Shown in pieces: positions 11,572-22,989 of a DNA stretch of 64,000 nt. The DNA is from Diplonema japonicum (lineage: Eukaryota; Protista; Euglenozoa: Diplonemea): positions 310,001 through 374,000 of the forward strand of contig OZ025701.1 in the NCBI GenBank assembly GCA_964019335.1, written 5' to 3'. The notes below the pieces were generated by a model. That model did no database searches. It saw only the letters and a list, made by a program, of their open reading frames with translations, and was not told where the DNA came from. Both the position numbers and the translations under genes were made by a program. Position 1 is the first letter of the stretch, and each line of letters begins with the position of its first letter.

Positions 11572-13888
11572 CTAAGCTGTTTCCTCCTCCTCTCCATCGA
11601 AGGTCGCAAGGGAGGGATCGGCATGGTTGGACTTTTTTTTTTTTGTTTTTTCCTCCGCCCAACTATAAATTGCATACCATGCCGCCCCCGTTAGGAGAGG
11701 AACCGCTGATGCTTGAAACAGCAAGTGCCCGCTCCCTCTCAGCTTCATAAGGCAAGATGTAGGCAAAGAGATGAGCAGCAAGTGGAGCGAGCTCCTTCAT
11801 CGTGCTAATGACAGAATCAAGTTTGTCCCTCTTAGACGAAATGTCAAGCTCCTGCTGTGTAAGCTGGTGCTTGATGCTCATGTCACTCGGCTTGCGTGTC
11901 AGCTCCCTCTGGGTACGGTGGTGCTTGTCGTCTGCCTCGTCCATGTCATCTTGGTACTCCTTAAACAATGTGATCTCCTGCTCGGCCTTGTCGCATGCAT
12001 CGGTTAGCTCCACAACATCAGACATGATGGCGGCGTACTGTTCCTTTGTCGGAGACATCAAGGCAGCACCACCTGCTAGAGGGTATTCACCCGCCTTGAT
12101 CGCTGCTTGCACGCATGTTACCAGATCGGTTTGTTTATCGACCAACGGCTGCAGCATTTCGATGCTGCCGGCAACGCCTTTGCCCAGGCCCACTGCTCGC
12201 TCGACCTCGCTCTTCATGTGGTCCCTGAGGTCCATCAGCTGGATGTGGTACTCGTTTGAATGATGTGCGGACAGCGTGAGGCAGCGCTGCAGGTTCAATA
12301 AATGACAGGCATCCGCAAGCTTCGATACAGCAGTGCGGCCTGCGTCCTCCGCCTCAAGAACGAGGTTGAGAAGGGCTACGTGCTCGACTTTAATCTTTTT
12401 TTTTTTTTAAATTTCCTTGTTCTGTACAATACGCATACCGATGGTGCAAATTTCAACATAACAAACTTAACCCCCGACACAGCGTCTTGCACGTCGGCAT
12501 AGGAGTTGACCTCTCTGTCGCATGCGGAGATGAGGCTCCTTCCGATGAACCTCTGCACGTTGAAGACGTCAGCAGGGCTGTCCTCCACGACGCCGCGTAG
12601 TGTGAGGTCTGTCGGTGCACCGTCAAAGCGCATCCCGATGCCCGCTTCCGATGCCTTCCACAGAGCAGCTTCGTCTTTCTGTTCTTCTGCCAGCGATGTG
12701 GCCGTGAGCACGGTGAAGTGTGTGTTGTTTTCATCGTGGACCTCGATGCCTTGCTGGCCGACGTATGTGACGATGCCCCCACGCCCTGCATCCTCGCCTT
12801 TCATGACCCTGACCTGCATGCCCTGTTCAGGTTCGACCTCGCCGTGGTACTCTTCTTTGTTAAGCTCGAGCTTCACTGTGATGTCGGCGTCGTCGATGCT
12901 GTACTTCGTCTGCCACATAGGCCTTTGTGTTGTTTTGTTGTGATTTTGGTTTTTTTTTTTTTTTTTTTTTTTTGTTTTTTTTTTTTGCATACATTTCGTG
13001 AGGGAGCCGTCCGTTGTGCTTCTCCTTGGTGATGATGTACCCGCCGCCTTTAGGGAAGTCGGCTTTGGAGTCGGTGACTCGCCAGTACCCGTGGGGTGTG
13101 CTGTACACCCATCGGAAGAGCTCGGTCGACACGCGTTCCCAGATGGGCCAGCCGTTGAAGATTTCGTTTTGCACACAGACGTACTTTCCGGAGCAGTGCT
13201 GCCATTTGTTTGGAGAGGTGACGATGATCTCGGAGGCATCGGTGGATGCGAGAAGGCGGCAGCGTGTTTGCCGTTCTGACGGCTGGGAAGCGTCTTGGGA
13301 CGTAGTGGATGCACTGAGAACAGAGGGCTTCCTGTTCATCGACGAGGCTGGGCCGTTGACGTCGGGGAGGGGCACAGAGAAGCCAAGCGTCACTAGCTTG
13401 TCGCCCTCTGACGCCGTGTCGATTTCGTCATGGTGCGAAATTGCAATTTCGTTAACAGAGACAACCTTTAGACCGAGGTAGTTTTCTGCGTTCGCGCGTT
13501 TTCCCGCGGACCCATCTGACACGCTCATTAAAACGCTGACGTCGTTGAAGGTAAGACCCAGTGCCTCTGTCACAGCCTTTCTCTCCAAGGTAACAGGGAG
13601 TTCTTTGGGGATGAACCTCAGGGTCAGTTCTGTCTGTCCCCTGCTTTTTTCCCTCACTTCTGCAGCCGAGCCTACAAAATGGCCGTTTACGCTTACCAGC
13701 CTCATCCCGATATTCGCCCCGCACCCGTACCTGTGCGCTGCGCTTGGGTCGTCTATAGATGTCACAACTAAGCTCTTCATGTTCAGGCCAAGCCGCTCGT
13801 TTTCTTCCTTTTCTATAGTCACCTCTTGCATCGCGCTCCCCAGCTTACCTATGCGCGCCATCGCGTGCGTGCCTTGTGTGTTGCCCAT
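11572..13888 (-). CDS. Putatively N-myristoylated multi-PDZ protein; introns 12923-12992, 12395-12438, 11632-11677
   Basis: MGNTQGT start, three PDZ-like units, a Trp/Tyr-rich domain like that of the neighbouring gene, a KOW-like motif and a C-terminal coiled coil. Three GTATGC..AG introns restore a single frame ending GEEEETA*. Confidence 0.75.
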
Positions 13889-14838
13889 TTTCTTTTTTTT
13901 TTTTTCTTCTTCTTCTTTTTCTTTCTTTTTTTAAATAATATATCCTCCGCCCCCTCGCCCTCCCTCTCTCCTTTTTTTTTTTTTTTTTTATTATAAAAAA
14001 AGGTTGTCGTTGATTTTTTTTTTTTTTTTTTGAGCATATCCCCGAACTTGGAGTCAAATTGAGCAGTTTTCTCCCCCCCCTTCCTAAGGATATTGAATAA
14101 GAATCTTGTATCGAGTGGAGAAAGGGAGTGGGTGGGAGGGGCAGACTGGGTTAGTGAAATGGGGGAGGGGATAGGGGAGGAGGGGGAGATAAAGGCAGAA
14201 GAAAATAAAAAGGCGATGTTTAAGGGCACATCCCACTTGAGGACCACCCTTAAAAAAAAAAGAATGAGAAAAAAGAAGGCGAGAGAAGAGGGAGGAGAGA
14301 AGATATTATTCTGTTAAAGATGATATGTTCCCCCCCGTTTCATTCTTTCTTTCTTTTCTTTCTTTTACTTGTGTATTTCAGCTTCGAAACACTCATATAA
14401 AAAACATGTTTTTTTTCCCCCCCTTCTTCTTCTTGTTTTCTTCACTCTTTACTTTTTCTCTTCTTTTTTTTTTGCCCCCCCCATACTTTTCGATTCCTGA
14501 TATAAAAGGGAGAATACTAAAAAAAAAAAAAGAATTGATGTTATTCATAAGCCCTGCAACCGTTCTCAGGAGAAAGGCCGGTGCCGGCGGCGGGACCACC
14601 ACAACGCAGGGACACGAGCCGCATCCTTAAAGGGGGGGGGGGGGGGAGAAAAGAGGAAAAATGAGTGTATGGGTCTTTCAGGCCACTCAACCTCTACGGT
14701 TGAGTGTAAAAAAAGAGTAGTTTTGTTGCAGAGGGGGCCTCTCCCTTTTTCTTCTTCTTTTTTTTTTCCCCCGTTTTTCTTCTTTTTTTTTTCTTCTTCT
14801 TTGTGTTGAAACTAACCGAAACGAAATAAAAAAAAAAA

Positions 14839-14871
<33 letters not shown>

Positions 14872-15388
14872 CCTTTTCTTCTTCCTTCCCCGTCGCGCCA
14901 CACCTGCGTTTTTCTTTTTACCTCAATCGTTGTCTGAACCAATAACAAAGTGCGTTTTTTTTTCTTCTTCTTTTTTTTTTTTTTTTTTTTTTTCCTCTTC
15001 CGCGCAAGTCGGTAAAAGGGTTCCCCTCTCCTCTACCTAAACTTCTAAAATGGCCTTTTAGAAGGTGTACGAGAGGGTAATTCGTCTGGGGTAAAAAATA
15101 GTTAAAGTCGCAAGGGTAAAGTGGGGAAGGGGGGGGATAAACAAAACAAAGTGAGGGGTGTTACGTTATAGGGATGGTGTAACAAAAATGCAACGTGGCG
15201 GGAAGAATGGAAGGGGGCGAAAAGAAAATCGACGGGCCGAAGTGAAAAAACTTTTAAAAAAAAACCCCCGGGAAATGTTACACCACGAGCCGGAAAGACC
15301 AGCCACAGTTAATGCCACAAAAATACAAGAAATGTTTTTTTATTCTCTTTTTTTTTTTCTTTTCCCGGCGATTCTTTTCTTGGTTTAC

Positions 15389-15426
<38 letters not shown>

Positions 15427-15648
15427 AACGAAAAAACGATTTTTTGTTTCTTTTCCGCATTTCTTCTTCTCCCATCCCATCGATAAAAAAAAAAAAAAAA
15501 GGGCACACAGAAAGTAAGAAAGGAAGTTGGTTCAAAAAAAAAAAAATAGCAAATTATAAGAAAAAAAAAAAAAAGAAAGATACCTACCACTGCAAAAAAA
15601 AAGAGGGGAAAAAAAAAAAAAAAAAACTAAACGTGCAGCTGTGTTACC

Positions 15649-15740
15649 TTAGAACGGCATATTTTCGGTGCTGACATTTGAGGGGTCATCTTCCTGTTAA
15701 AAAGAAAATCATCCTTCGTTCGTCACCCCTGAGCATCCAA

Positions 15741-15771
<31 letters not shown>

Positions 15772-18700
15772 ATACCGGTCGAGGGGTAGCTGCCTCCATG
15801 TCCTCCACAAGAGGAGGGGGCACCCGCGCACCTGCACCAGAAGATTTTGCTAAAGGACGCTTTTCGTTGTTGTAAGTGGGGGAGTCGATGGGGGAGGGAA
15901 CCTCGTCTGGTTGAGTCTCTAAACGGCCATCGACGGCTTCGCTTTCGGCCTCATCACCATCGAATTGCTTAAGAGGGTTAGTTGTCACATTCGGGTCAGG
16001 CTCAAAGGGCGCAACAGAGCATCCTTCATCACCACCCTCCTCCTCATCCTCTGCAGGCCGCATGGCGGGGACAGGCACTCCAGTAACTACACCTGTTGTT
16101 CTTCCACTGTCAACAGTCATGTGATTTCCCTCCCTCATTGCTTCCGCGGTCTTTCTTCTCTGGTACCTTGACACTGCAATCACCACAACCAACAGCAGCA
16201 AAGGGCACAGTACACATATGATAACCAAGAAGATCACCAAGGTTGCTGTGTCGCTCTTGTTTGAACTGCCACCTCCTGAGGATTTTATCAGACACCCCCA
16301 TTCCCCAGGCTGCCCCGCGTACAAGCCATCGCACGCACCTTCGATCCCCCAGCAGGACCGGTCACCGTCGATGGTGTCCCCCACCTCATCCCACGCCACA
16401 CCGCACCACTTTGTGAACCCCACGCTGAGCATCGCCTTCACAAGGCACTCGTATTGCGTCACCTTTTTTTTTTTTTTTTTTTTCTAAAAAAAATCTTTTT
16501 TTCCATACATCTTTTTGAATCAAAACCCTTTTCCCACCGTACTTACCTTTACGCCAGACGCACACTGCAGGGGGGAAGGGTATTATTAAAAACACAAAAT
16601 ATATATATGGCATCGTTTCAAAACCCCCCCCAAAATGAGGCCAATTGACACTTTCAATATTTCTCTAAGTACTTTTTCCCAAAAAAAAAAAATTCTACAA
16701 CTTTCCCGGCCCAGATTAGGAAAGAAAACACCCCAGAAAATGGGAAAGTGAGTGTTACTGGTACCCAGAAAATTCAGTCCTAGGGGCAAAAATGGGTTTT
16801 TTCACTTTGCACAAATTCAGTAAAAGAGGGGGCGACAAAAATGGATGCTTTTAAACTTGCTGTTGAGAAGCTAGGGGTAAAAAAAAATGGTATTCGGACC
16901 GAGAAAGGGTAAATGGGAACACCACGGTGATCAGGACACTCGCCACAGAGGTTTTTGAGAAGCTCAGTGGCAACGACTGTGCTGCACTAGTTTGTGGCGT
17001 AGTGTGTAAAGGGGAACTTCTAGCGGCACTTCTGCTATCATTTTCTGGTTGATTTAGTAGCCAACAAGACACCACACGGCGCCAATTGGTCAGAGGCATG
17101 AGGCTTGACCACATCACACATGATGAAATAAGGGCAGCTGGCCTTACTGTTGGAAAAGTCTTGTTCCACAGTAGCATGGGCACAGAAAAAAATAAAGAAA
17201 AAAATGGAGTGGATACTCTGGACTGACGGTGGGCGTCACTTTCGTGCAAAGGAATTTTGCTACTTTGTTCTTTTTGGTCTTCGTTATGTATATCCCGATC
17301 GGACGTTTTCCCTGTGGTTTCTGGGGGAGAAACACGGCAAAAACAACAGGGACAGCCACTTTGGTGTGCTCTCTCGTGTTTTTTGGTTTTGGGTGCCTCG
17401 TTCCAAAACAATTAAAACTGTGGAACAAATAGGTAACATCACCAATACGATACGGTGCGCCATGCATGTAGTTACTGATGTCTTTGGCCCGTACAAAAAG
17501 AAAATTCTTGAGTTTCCGGATTTTACAGGTGCATATGAGCTCAGAAGCACACCGGAGGGTGTATTTGCTACGTGTGCGTCCACGAGCTAGAAAGAACTAA
17601 AGTACATCATCAAAGAACTCGCTGCAGACAGGGCAGAGAAAAGGCCCCCAGTCTATGAATCTTGTGATGAGTATGAGGACGTTCCTGATAGCCTTCCCGG
17701 ACTTGAAAAACGAGAAAGAATAGTAACCAAATTACAAAAATACTCGACACCCCATGACAAGCCCAAAGCACCAAGTACACCTACGAATGAGCCTCTTAAA
17801 ACCCCCCAAAATGCGGTAGAAGGCCTAATAGTATGAAAAAGAAATGAGGTCGCCCACTCAGCAGCAGCACATCTCAGCCGCAGAAGACTAGGAAATGAAG
17901 GTTTCCACTTCCAACATCATTTCAGCCACCTTCTAGTAGTGAGTTTCGCTATTTCTTGCTATTGAAAGCATACTCTCTGACTTTACCAAAACCACTAAAA
18001 CCCGATTTTGACCCTAAAACTGAATTTTTCATAGGTCAAAATAGCACTCTTGAGCGATTTCTGACCCGGGTTCTTTCCTAATATGGGCCGGGAAATATGG
18101 AGAATTTTTTTTAAAGGGGGCGGCATGCCCAAAGATGCAACGAAAGTGTCAATTGGCCTCATTTGGGGGGGGGGGGGGGGGGGGGTTTGAAATCGACCCA
18201 TATATATATCATGCATACTGTCTTGCGTTGGTTTACAAGATCCGGCGGATATCTGAATAGACCCGGTTCTGTAGGGCAGGCAGGTGGCCCGCTGTGTGGA
18301 CAGTTTGATGGAGATATCGGCTTTCTGCTTCATGGTGAAGGAGTTGTTGGCGTCGTGCAGGCAGATGTCCTCGTGGGTGGGGGCCATGAGGTAGAGGGTG
18401 TCGTCCTCACACAGAGCGCTTCCGTTTGACAGGACGTTGAACGCGCCAGGGGTCACTAAGCTGACAAGGGAACAGAGCCCGTCTGCTTCAAAGTACGTAA
18501 CCTCCCTGGCTAGTACTTGGCAGTTTGTGTCGTGGAACTCATGATACGATGCACCAGTGACCCGCAGCCCGTCGGGGCATTGAGGGGATGCTTTGTTTGT
18601 GTTTATCATCATCCACTGTGAGAAGTTGTTCTCGTACTTCTGCGTGAGAGGGTTTTTTGTGGCGATCTCCGCTCGGAAGAAGTATCCGCTTCGTCTTTGA

Positions 18701-19245
18701 ACATTCCCGTTTGCGTCTTGCAGCTGTTGGGTACCGTCTCTCAGATGCACTCTCATGGCTTGCGTGCTGTAGTGCGACGAGTCCATGATCTTCAGCAAGT
18801 TCGGGACGAGGACTTCCTCACCCGTTCCGATTTCTAATGGGTGGTACGATTTGATAGTTTGTGGTACGCCCATTGTAGAGAGGGTGTACTCGTATGTGAA
18901 GATGACCTTTCTGTTGCAAAGGTCGGTTTTGAAATCGTAGATCTCCACTAGAACCTGGTCCCCGTGAACTGGGTCAGATATGATGCATTTTACTTCGTAC
19001 TTCATGCAGTCGGTCTCCTTGACCCGTGTGATGTTCATGGTAACGGTGTCGGCGGTTCGGCCTCTTTCCAGTGCTTCTCTATACTCGTTGCAGCGGAAGG
19101 TGCTTAGGGTTTCCACTTCCCACGCGCATTCGCCTTCTAACAGGTGGCCCGTTGTTCTGTCTGTGTCTTTGTCGAGGAACATTTTTTCTGCCGTTGCGCA
19201 CCACGCCAAGGCCGCCACGTAGCAAAACGTGTTTCTTACAAGCAT
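15649..19245 (-). CDS. Type I membrane protein with Cys-rich ectodomain; introns 16565-18218 (contains a transposon), ~16463-16546 and 15694-15775; 18-nt micro-exon 16547-16564
   Basis: Signal peptide MLVRNTFCYVAALAWCATA, Cys-rich body, TM LVIFLVIICVLCPLLLLVVVIAV followed by RYQRRK, last exon EDDPSNVSTENMPF*. The phase across 16463-16546 is unresolved (see findings). Confidence 0.65.
16609..18199 (+). mobile_element. Degenerate Sola-like DDE DNA transposon inserted in an intron
   Basis: About 130-150 bp imperfect terminal inverted repeats (shared core AAATGAGGCCAATTGACACTTTC and TTTCCCGGCCCA.ATTAGGAAAGAA). Flanked by ATAT on both sides within a TA run. Internal transposase fragment. Confidence 0.75.
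17150..17590 (+). pseudogene. Sola-like transposase catalytic fragment
   Basis: WILWTDGGRHFR...FLGEKHGKNNRDSHFG matches the D-G..(H/Q)F / HGK..D..G catalytic pattern of Sola2-type transposases. The upstream part is frameshifted. Confidence 0.65.
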
Positions 19246-20320
19246 TTTTTTTTTTTTTTTAAATTCCCCCCTTTCCCCTTCCTTTTTTTTTTTTTTTGTT
19301 GTGCTCAGCACTGGGATTTTTTTTTAAATCTGGGTTTGAAGGATTGCCTTTACCTCTTCTATCAAGCAGTTTAAAGTTGTTCTAGCAGCAAAAAAAAAAA
19401 TAAAAATAAAAAATGGCAGGAAAACGGGGGGGGGGGGGGAGGGAGAAATAAAAAATTGCCACCCCCCCCCCCAATCACGTGTAACTATAATAACAGAAAA
19501 TATGACCCCCGTCCAGCTAAAAGGGGAAATGAGACCGCATAACAAAAACAGGCCGGGCTGGTAGACTATCGGGATCAAAGGTGATATGTGTGATAAAGTA
19601 GTCAGAAGTTTTGAGGGGAGGGTGTGTTTTTGGGCAAAAAAAAAAAAACTAGTTTGGCGCTCCATTTGTTTGTGCACGAGCGTGTGCACGAGCGAAAAAA
19701 AAGAGATGAGATAAAGGAGGTTTCTGTCTTGGAACGTCCCCTTTGTCTCTACTTATCTCCCCTTTCTCCCTTCTGGGGCCTCGGCCTTTCTTTCTTTTTT
19801 TGGCTGTGTTGCCTTTCTCAAAGTATCCTCTCTTTCTTCTTGCCACTTCCTGCCCAGTTTCTTAAGGTCCTTCTTGGTTTTCTCTGATGCAAAAACTGGC
19901 CTTCTGTTCATCCCAGACTCTTCTTCGCACCTATGGTTCTGAGCGCGTGGTTCTTCTGGCTCTCCGCTGGGAAGATCCGCTTGCCTCTGACCTTCTTCTG
20001 GATGCGTGCTGTGTCCCAAAAAAAAAAAAAAAAAAAAAAATTGGCCAAAATAGAATATGTTGTCAAGTTTTTTGACGAATTCATTCAAAAAAAATCAAAA
20101 ACCCCAGTTCTTTGCAGAAATTGTGGACTTTTAGCTGGACGGAGAGTGACGGGAAGAAAAAAAAAGAATAAAAAAAGAAGAAAAACCATAAAAGACCGGT
20201 GATTTTATTTATTTTAATTCACTCAATTTTTTTCTAAGGGAGGGGGGGGGGGGGGTCTCCCACCCGTCTGCTGTTTCCCTGAAAAGAACTTATGTTTTCT
20301 GCAGCAAAGAGCTTAAAGAA

Positions 20321-21070
20321 CGGGAATAATAGCTATTTACTGCCAACAAGTAATGACTTTACCGTTACCTCGAGGTTCCGCATTTTACCGTCGAGGGCCC
20401 GCAGGGCCCGAGATGGTAAAATGCGGAACCGAGAGGTCGGTAAAGCATTACTTGGCGGTAGGTAAGTGGTTTTATTTCACGACACTCTGAAATTACTTCA
20501 CCACGAGGGGCACAACAGGGTGACAAGGGGTACAACAAGAGAGGGGTTACAAAGGTTACAATACAAGTTGTTTTCCCTCCTTTTGTTGACTAAGAGCTGC
20601 CGCTGTCGCTGGCATTGCCACTGTCACCATCTCTAATCAGGCCTTCCCATACCTGGCGCGGCCGCTGGCTCCTTTTTTTCTGCTGCTTCGGTATTTTGAA
20701 GTCATTTGGGGAGCTTGGGTAAGCTGACTAAGTTACCCTTACCCACAGAAGAGTTACCCCCAGAAACTGGGAACAAGGCCTAGCCAAAAGTGGGCAAATT
20801 GGGAGGAAAAAGTAGTCCAACTTGGAACTGAGCCGAGGCAAAAGTTGGCCAATTGAGCTGAACCTGGGGGGAAATAGCAAACTGAGAGGAAAAAGTAGCC
20901 CCACTGGGAACCGAACCGAGGCAAAAATTGGCCTACCGAGGCATATTATTTAACGGAAACCCCCTATTACTTCACGGAAATCAGGCCATTATTTCACCGT
21001 GAAGTAATGAGATTTAGCGTGAAGTAATGGGCCCCCCAGTGCGTGAAGTAATTTCTGAAGAGTGAAATAA
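20321..21070 (-). mobile_element. Non-autonomous Crypton-like element 1 (long palindrome + inverted-repeat pair)
   Basis: Imperfect palindrome 20321-20481 centred on GCA (20401-20403). Inverted repeats 20472-20510 and 21031-21070. Multiple TTACTTCAC/GTGAAGTAA motifs at 20968-21052. Same architecture as the recombinase-bearing element next door, in opposite orientation. Confidence 0.6.
20760..20934. repeat. Degenerate ~84-bp tandem repeat inside element 1
   Basis: GAGGAAAAAGTAG.CC.ACT.GGAAC.GA.CCGAGGCAAAA.TTGGCC occurs at 20803 and 20887, with a weaker partial copy near 20760. Confidence 0.7.
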
Positions 21071-21486
21071 AGAAAAAAAAAAAGGTTCAAACTTAGAATA
21101 TCCCGTAGGTCATTTTGCTACTAAAGACTTTTCGGCTTCTTCCCCCCCCCCCTTTATTTTTCGGGAGAAAAAAAAAAGAAAAAAAGATTTTTCCATGATG
21201 GGTGTGAAGGGAAGGTGGGATAACAACGGTACTGAATAGAAAAAGAATAAGAAAAATCGGGGATGGGTTGAAAAAGAAAAAATGGGGGGGGGAGAAAAAG
21301 GTATTTTTCTTTTACCCTCTTTTTTTTTTTTTTTTGCACACTTGAGCACGCTTTCCCTTTTCCAATAAAAAAAAAACACAAATGGGCGAGACAAAAAAAA
21401 AAAGAAAAAAAAAAAAAAAAAAAAAAAAACAGCAGATAAATAAGCATAACAAAATGGCAGTATGTTTTCCTCTTTTTTATTTTATT

Positions 21487-22203
21487 TATTTATCTTTTTG
21501 GCCCCCCTCCCTAGTGTTTTTGGCTGGGGACCCCATAAATAATGTAGTTTGTTTCCTCATGTTTCTTGCAGGTTTGTGATCAGTGGTGGCTAAACTAAGA
21601 GGGCATGTAAAGAATGAGTGTTTCTTCGTCCAAATAAGAGATGACAAGCCAACTGAAGCAGTGCTGGGGAAGACCGCTTTCTATGAGTTAGGCAAGATTG
21701 TTGCATGTGAGTTGATGCTCCCCAACGTTGCCTCGTTACGGGCCATACGTTTAGGCGCTCTTGTGCTACGCAAGCCGCCTAATGACCCATCCACCAAGCC
21801 AGCCGACAGCCACCTTCCCCCAGGCCGCCCCAAGCACACATGATATCAGAATCCATGTGATCATCAAGCAGGAGAAGTAGTAGACAGAGTCTGGCTAGTA
21901 GACCGACTACTTGTTCTCCCCTTTTTTCTTTTCTTTTCTGCCATTATTTACTTTTTAGCATGCCAAATATAAAACGTCCCCAGCCAAAAAAAAAACACTA
22001 GGTCGGAGGGCAAAAACGATAAATAAAATCACAGATTCTGCTATTAAAGTGGACTTTATTTTTCCCTTGGCCTCATTTTCTGTCCCTTGGGGTCATGATT
22101 TTCTCCCTCGCTACGCTCGGGGAAAATCAAACCCCCGCGGGAAGAAAAAACGCCCGCGGGAAATAAAGTCCACTTTATTTTACCAAAATCAATAGTTATT
22201 TTT
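21487..22203 (+). mobile_element. Internally deleted Crypton-like (tyrosine recombinase) element 2
   Basis: Inverted repeats 21487-21531 and 21976-22025. Long palindrome 22021-22203 centred on TAC (22112-22114). Tyrosine-recombinase fragment between the repeats. Confidence 0.7.
21583..21782 (+). pseudogene. Tyrosine recombinase fragment (Crypton-type), frameshifted
   Basis: ECFFVQIRDDKPTEAVLGKTAFYELGKIVACELMLPNVAS, then in a shifted frame from 21738 TGHTFRRSCATQAA*. This is the HxxR box of tyrosine recombinases in a Crypton-like 'G.N/T...K.IA..L.LP....TGH.FRR..AT' context. Confidence 0.7.
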
Positions 22204-22651
22204 TTTAAGTCCCGAATGCTCGCTCCTCTGAACCCAGAGGTCTAGAATTTGAAGCAAGCTTAAGAACAGGGACTGCTTGCTGCACTCCTGTTAACCAATG
22301 CTGATCTTCAAGGTACTTTATTAATAATAATAATAATAATTTATTAATGAAAAACACAGCCAGAAGAGAAAGAAAAAGGAAATAAAAATAAATAAAAAAA
22401 AACAACTTGAGAAAAGAATGGCAAAAAAAAAAAAAAAAAAAAAAGCGCTCTGTGAATCACCCCCAAGGTAGTTTCAAAGCAACTTGCTAAAATATTTTTA
22501 GTCCTGTTACAAAAACACGGGGTGAGGGGGACAGTGGGCAGCTTCCAACAAACAACGAGCTATAATTTACCCAATTTTCTTTTTCACAATTACCCCCCCC
22601 CCCTTTTTTTTGAAAATTAAAGTTTTTGGTTGCAAAAAGAAAGAGAGGGCA

Positions 22652-22684
<33 letters not shown>

Positions 22685-22799
22685 GCGGCACGTCAGTAGT
22701 TTTCATTTCCTTTTTTTTCTCTTTTTTTTGTTTTTCTCCCACTCACTGCTGCCTTTTCATAAATCTCAGGGGTTTGCTACAACGCATCACTTCCCTCCT

Positions 22800-22840
<41 letters not shown>

Positions 22841-22949
22841 GCCCTGCTGTACAAACAAAAAAAAAAAAAAAAAGCCCCTTCCAGAAGGGTTCCATCCAGA
22901 GATCTTGTGGTGTATTCTTAGTACTATAAAACTTTGGGGGGAAAGGAAG

Positions 22950-22989
<40 letters not shown>

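Noticed and set aside
17995-18218. C-terminal part of the 438-aa ORF
   Set aside because: Read-through past the GTATGC donor into the transposon TIR; not coding.
19753-20088. 111-aa charged minus-strand ORF
   Set aside because: No recognisable domain, start lies in homopolymer sequence, and no convincing splice partners. Could be a degraded repeat; left unannotated.
22205-22345. Sequence ending in (TAA)n as a retroposon 3' tail
   Set aside because: No RT similarity or TSD visible; insufficient support.
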